Shown here: positions 35,328-39,529 of the stretch, piece by piece
Position numbering within the stretch: position 1 is the first letter of the stretch
How the letters are laid out: each line of letters starts with the position of its first letter
Assembly: GCA_043750125.1 (NCBI GenBank)
Contig: JAYVCD010000420.1
Span: 1-39,529, forward strand
Origin: Archangiaceae bacterium
GTDB taxonomy: Bacteria; Myxococcota; Myxococcia; Myxococcales; Myxococcaceae
Length of the DNA stretch: 39,529 bases
Direction of reading: 5' to 3'
Made by a program: the position numbers and the translations under genes
The notes under the pieces: model-generated
What the model saw: only the letters and a program-made list of their open reading frames with translations
Told to the model about the DNA's origin: nothing
Database searches by the model: none

Positions 35328-37295
35328 TTGTCGCTCGCCCCCAGCCGATCAATCTTGATCCTCCCCGAAGGCGCCGCTACGCGTGAACGGGTCGTGCGGG
35401 TGCTCGGCGGCTTGAAGATGTTGCCGGCCTCCCTGCCCGTTCCGGCCGATGCGGAGCTCGCGGTCGTCGACCTCACTGCGCCCGGAGGCCCCGAGGCTCT
35501 CGACCAGCTGCTCAAGTCCCCCGCGGGACCCCGACTCTCTGTCCTGGCCATTACCCACCCCGATGGAGCCGAGCGCGAGATGCCCGGCGTCGCCGACTTC
35601 GTCTCTACCCAGGCCCTCGAGGCCGAGCTTGCGATGCGGTTGTTGCGCGCGCGGGCCCGCCAGCTCACCTACCGCGAAGCGATGCAGCGTCAGCGCGAGA
35701 CGATGGTGCTGCTCGAGCTCACCAGCCGCTACGCCACGTCGACCGACGTCGAAGAGCTGCTGCACGAGGTCACCCGGCGGCTGGCCGAAGAGCTCGAGAT
35801 CGACCGGGCCGCAATGGTGGTGGTCGACGAGGCGCGCGGTGAAGGGGTGATCCTCGCTGCCAGCGACGATGCAGCGCTCAAAGACCTGCGCATCGACCTG
35901 CGTCGCTACCCCGAGATTCGAGAAGCGGTGCGAACCGGCAAGCCGGTGATTGTCGAAGACGCTCCTCATCACCCGCTGCTCGAGACGGTCAAAGACGATC
36001 TGGCCGCACTGGGCATTCGGAACATCGCCGCGTTGCCGCTCGCGGTGCGCGGGAAGGTCCTGGGAGTGTTGTTGCTGCGCCGCTCATCGGCCCGCGGCCC
36101 CTTCAACAACCGGGAAGTCGAATTTCTGTCCACCGTCGCGCACGCCACCGCCGTCGCGCTTCGGAACGCCCAGAAGATCGACGCCATTCGCGAGCAGGGT
36201 GAAAAAGAGAAAGACGCCCGCATCGCTGCCGAAGAACGCGCGGCACGGCTCAAGCGCTACGAGTCGTACTTCGAGCACCTTTCGGACGGGGTGGCGATTC
36301 TCGATGAAAAGGCCTGCGTCCTCTCGCTCAACCCGGCCGGAATGCGCCTGCTCGACCTGACTCCCAACGAGGTCCCCGGCCGACACATCAACGCGCTGAC
36401 CAACCCCACCGACGACGGGCTGATGATGGACGTCCTGCTGTCGGTCTCGCGCGGGCAGGTTCGCACCGAAGTCGACATTCAAGCCCGCACCCTCGCCGGT
36501 CGACGGTTGACCGTCTCGCTGTCGGCCGCGCCGCTGAAGGGGGAAGGGGCGGTCGCCATTCTCACCATGCGCGATGTCACCCGTCAGCGCGCGCTCGCCG
36601 AAGAGCTGCAGAAGACCAAAGAGTTCCAGGAACGGCTGATCGACAGCTCGGTCGACGCGATCATCGCTTCCGACATGAAGGGGCGAATCATCCTCTTCAA
36701 CAAAGCGGCTGAAGCGGTGAGCAGCTGGCCGGCCGAGGAAGCCAAGGCCCACCTCAACGTCAAGCAGCTCTACAGCGAAGGGCAGGCGCGCGACGTGATG
36801 CTGCGGTTGCGCAGCGGAGAACACGGCGGGGTCGGCCGACTCACCGCTTCGCGCCAGGAAATTCTGACCCGCTCGGGCGACCGGATTCCGGTGAGCATGA
36901 CCGCGTCGATCGTCTACGAGTCGGGTCGCGAAGTGGCAACGTTGGGCATCTTCACTGACCTTCGAGATCGCTTGAAGCTCGAACGAAAGTTGTCCGATGT
37001 AGAGACCCGTTTGGAAGAGAGCGAGAAGAACGCAGTGCTGGTGGCGTTGGCGGGTACTGCGGCGCACGAGCTCAACCAGCCCCTTACGTCCGTGATGGGT
37101 TACGCCGAGCTGCTGCGCCGCAAAATCAAAGAGAATGACCCCTCGTTTCGGCCGATCGACATCATCTACCGCGAAGCCGAGCGGATGGCCGAGATCGTCC
37201 GCAAGATTGGAAAAATCACCAGGTACGAGACGAAGCCCTATGTCGGCGATTCGCACATTCTCGACTTGAACCGGGCCACCTCTCATGAAGATTGA
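35328..37295 (+). CDS. Degenerate-REC/GAF/PAS/PAS/HisKA protein without an ATP-binding domain
   Basis: GAF (AALPL..GKVLGVL), two PAS segments, H-box AHELNQPL. The protein ends about 75 aa later with no N/G1/F/G2 boxes. Confidence 0.87.
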   Translation: MSLAPSRSILILPEGAATRERVVRVLGGLKMLPASLPVPADAELAVVDLTAPGGPEALDQLLKSPAGPRLSVLAITHPDGAEREMPGVADFVSTQALEAELAMRLLRARARQLTYREAMQRQRETMVLLELTSRYATSTDVEELLHEVTRRLAEELEIDRAAMVVVDEARGEGVILAASDDAALKDLRIDLRRYPEIREAVRTGKPVIVEDAPHHPLLETVKDDLAALGIRNIAALPLAVRGKVLGVLLLRRSSARGPFNNREVEFLSTVAHATAVALRNAQKIDAIREQGEKEKDARIAAEERAARLKRYESYFEHLSDGVAILDEKACVLSLNPAGMRLLDLTPNEVPGRHINALTNPTDDGLMMDVLLSVSRGQVRTEVDIQARTLAGRRLTVSLSAAPLKGEGAVAILTMRDVTRQRALAEELQKTKEFQERLIDSSVDAIIASDMKGRIILFNKAAEAVSSWPAEEAKAHLNVKQLYSEGQARDVMLRLRSGEHGGVGRLTASRQEILTRSGDRIPVSMTASIVYESGREVATLGIFTDLRDRLKLERKLSDVETRLEESEKNAVLVALAGTAAHELNQPLTSVMGYAELLRRKIKENDPSFRPIDIIYREAERMAEIVRKIGKITRYETKPYVGDSHILDLNRATSHED

Positions 37296-39219
37296 TTCGT
37301 CGGTCAGGCCGTTTGGGGCTTCGGGGCCCGCGGCAGATGCCTTTCAGGCGTTCTTCGACATGGTCGATGCGCCGGCTGCGTTGTGTGACCCCGGCCTGCG
37401 CGTGCTCACGGCCAACGCGGCCTTCGAAGTGCTGGTCGGGGCCAAGGATCTCGGCGGGGTCGAGCTCGCCGGAGTGATGGAGCAGGTTCCCGCCGGCGCC
37501 CCTGCAGAAGGGCACACCGAAGAAGTCGAAGTGCGATGCCACACCGGCCAGACGGTGACCCTGACCTTCAGTCGCAGGGGCCAGACGGTTGCGGTCGTCG
37601 CCCGCGGCCTGTCCCCGGTCGGAGACTCGCTGGCCGCCGCGGGCCGGGCGTTGATCGAGCAGGCCCGGGTGGAGTCGGTGCTGCTCGAGCTCGGTCGCAA
37701 CGTCGCGGGCTCGACCAGCGAAGAAGAGCTGGTCGCGACGGTCGCGCGTGGGGTGAAGCGGTTGTTCCCGGGCCGCACTTTCTGCGTGCGCATCACCGAC
37801 CCCCGCACCCTCGCGCTGACCTCGCTCTATGCCGAAGGACGAATGCGCGAAGGGACCCGCGATGTCATCTGGCTCAAGGCGTCCGCCGTCGAGAAGACGC
37901 ACCTGGAAACCCGGGGGCTGCCGGGCGACCGGGTGAAGATGACGTCGTCTGAAATTCCACTCATCTTCCACGGCAGCGTTCGCGGCCTGTGCGCTCCGCT
38001 GGTCGCCTCGGGACAGCTGTTTGGCGCAGTGAACGTCGAGTACCCCGCCGGGCTGTCGGCGGACCTGGTGACCGACGATCGGGTGTTGATTCAGCTGGCC
38101 AACCAGGTCTCGGTTGCAGTGCGAAACGCCAAGCTCATCGACGAGCTGACGTTCGTGCGAAAATACCTCGAGGAGCTGCTCGAGCACGCCAACGCGCTGA
38201 TCCTGGTGGTGAACCGCGAGCGCAAGGTGGTGGTCTTCAACCGCGCGCTGACGGACATCACCGGCCTGGCCAAGCCCGAAGTGTTGGGGCAGGACCTGCT
38301 GACCTTCGTCCCCGAAGGCGAGCGACTGAAGGTGATGCGGGTGATGGCGGCATCACTGAAGGGCGAGGCGGTCTCGAGCTTCGAGACCCGGGTCACCACC
38401 CGTGACGGGAAAGAAGTGAAGGTCGCTTTTGCTACGTCGGCGGTGATGACCCAGCAGGGGGAAGTCGAGGGAGTCATCGCCATTGGCCAGGACCTGACGC
38501 GAATGCGCGAGCTCGAGCGCCGGGTGATTCAGGCCGAGAAGCTCGCCTCACTGGGGCAGCTGGCCGCCAGCGTGGTCCACGAAATCAACAACCCGATGAC
38601 CGCGGTGTCGACGTACGCCGATGCGCTGCTCAAGCGGTCGCTGGGCCAGCCCAACGCGAACGCGGGCGACATGGACAAGTACCGGAAGATTTCGGACAAC
38701 GCAGATCGCGTACTGCGTTTCACCCGCGACCTCGTCAGCTACGCCCGCCCCGCGCAGGAAAAACCCGAAGAAGTGGACCTCAACGCCGCGGTGGAACGGG
38801 CGATCGGCTTTTGTGAGCACGTGCTGCAGAAGCACGGCGTCACCCTCGACCGGCAGTTCGGGGCATTGCCGATGTTTCTCGCGGTGCGGCAGAACCTGGT
38901 TCAGGTCTTCGTCAACCTGATTACCAATGCCTGCCACGCGACTCCTGCGGGCGGGAAGGTGACGGTCGTCACCCGCATCGATGGCGCGCACGTCCTCGCT
39001 TCGGTGAGCGACACGGGAAGTGGAATTTCACTCGAAGTGCGCTCGAAGATTTTCGACCCCTTCTTCACCACCAAGGCCGACGGAAAAGGCACCGGGCTGG
39101 GGCTGTCGATCGTGCAGGGCATCGCCGAGAATCACGGCGGGACCATCACCGTGGACAGCATCGTCGGCGCAGGAACCACCTTTACGCTGCGCCTGCCCGT
39201 CGTGACGCTCGTCATTTGA
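37285..39219 (+). CDS. Cytoplasmic PAS-GAF-PAS sensor histidine kinase
   Basis: [50 protein letters not shown]; overlaps the upstream gene by 11 nt. Confidence 0.93.
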   Translation: MKIDSSVRPFGASGPAADAFQAFFDMVDAPAALCDPGLRVLTANAAFEVLVGAKDLGGVELAGVMEQVPAGAPAEGHTEEVEVRCHTGQTVTLTFSRRGQTVAVVARGLSPVGDSLAAAGRALIEQARVESVLLELGRNVAGSTSEEELVATVARGVKRLFPGRTFCVRITDPRTLALTSLYAEGRMREGTRDVIWLKASAVEKTHLETRGLPGDRVKMTSSEIPLIFHGSVRGLCAPLVASGQLFGAVNVEYPAGLSADLVTDDRVLIQLANQVSVAVRNAKLIDELTFVRKYLEELLEHANALILVVNRERKVVVFNRALTDITGLAKPEVLGQDLLTFVPEGERLKVMRVMAASLKGEAVSSFETRVTTRDGKEVKVAFATSAVMTQQGEVEGVIAIGQDLTRMRELERRVIQAEKLASLGQLAASVVHEINNPMTAVSTYADALLKRSLGQPNANAGDMDKYRKISDNADRVLRFTRDLVSYARPAQEKPEEVDLNAAVERAIGFCEHVLQKHGVTLDRQFGALPMFLAVRQNLVQVFVNLITNACHATPAGGKVTVVTRIDGAHVLASVSDTGSGISLEVRSKIFDPFFTTKADGKGTGLGLSIVQGIAENHGGTITVDSIVGAGTTFTLRLPVVTLVI

Positions 39220-39418
39220 CGGCCGGGTCCTCGAGTGTTCCGTGTTCGGGATACACGTGAATCGAAGGGGGGTGGGCGACCAGGGTCTTGAGCCGCTGCA
39301 GGCTGCGCGCGCCGAGCGAACTGTCGCAGTCCCACGGGGTGAAGGTGGGGGCAGGACGGCAGCGGGTGCGAAAGAAGAGCTCGAAGGGTTGAGCGCCACA
39401 CACCGCACCACCGAACGT

Positions 39419-39529
39419 TCAGCCGTCCGACTCTTCGAGCTCGCGCGCGAATTCGTCTTTGGTGACCAGGCCTTTGCGCGAGAGCACCCGCATCAGCGCC
39501 CAGAATTTCTTTTCCAGCTTCTCGACGGC
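39419..39529 (-). CDS. C-terminal end of a gene entering from the right edge
   Basis: Hand translation AVEKLEKKFWALMRVLSRKGLVTKDEFARELEESDG*. This KGL.T..EF tail recalls myxobacterial GspE-N/MshEN-type proteins, which cannot be confirmed here. Confidence 0.65.
   Translation of the reverse strand, partial: AVEKLEKKFWALMRVLSRKGLVTKDEFARELEESDG

Noticed and set aside
39220-39418. Possible structured ncRNA in the last intergenic gap
   Set aside because: I recognised no tRNA, 6S, SRP or riboswitch motif; the codon-like pattern fits a coding remnant better.

Overview
A high-GC, gene-dense window that looks myxobacterial (Myxococcota): Myxococcus-type pilin, Cys-rich and DAG-linker lipoproteins, a PEGA Ser/Thr kinase, an ECF/FecR cassette and several PAS kinases. 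I saw no rRNA, tRNA, CRISPR array or transposase. The stand-out is a 1006-aa ORF (18421-21441) that fuses a squalene-hopene-cyclase-type class II terpene cyclase (DADDT motif, QW repeats) to a DUF2236 Lcp/MpaB-type heme oxygenase. It has no hopanoid genes around it. An HTTM gene trio lies upstream, and a PAS kinase plus a STAS/SEC14-like gene lie downstream. Other content: an orphan pilA-like gene, a six-gene translationally coupled lipoprotein operon divergent from a solitary atpG, a plant-FAAH-like amidase, a kinase lacking its catalytic domain coupled to a complete kinase, two YsnF/DUF2382 genes, several sigma54-like motifs, two terminators and small gene remnants. All family calls are by-eye motif recognition, not database searches.
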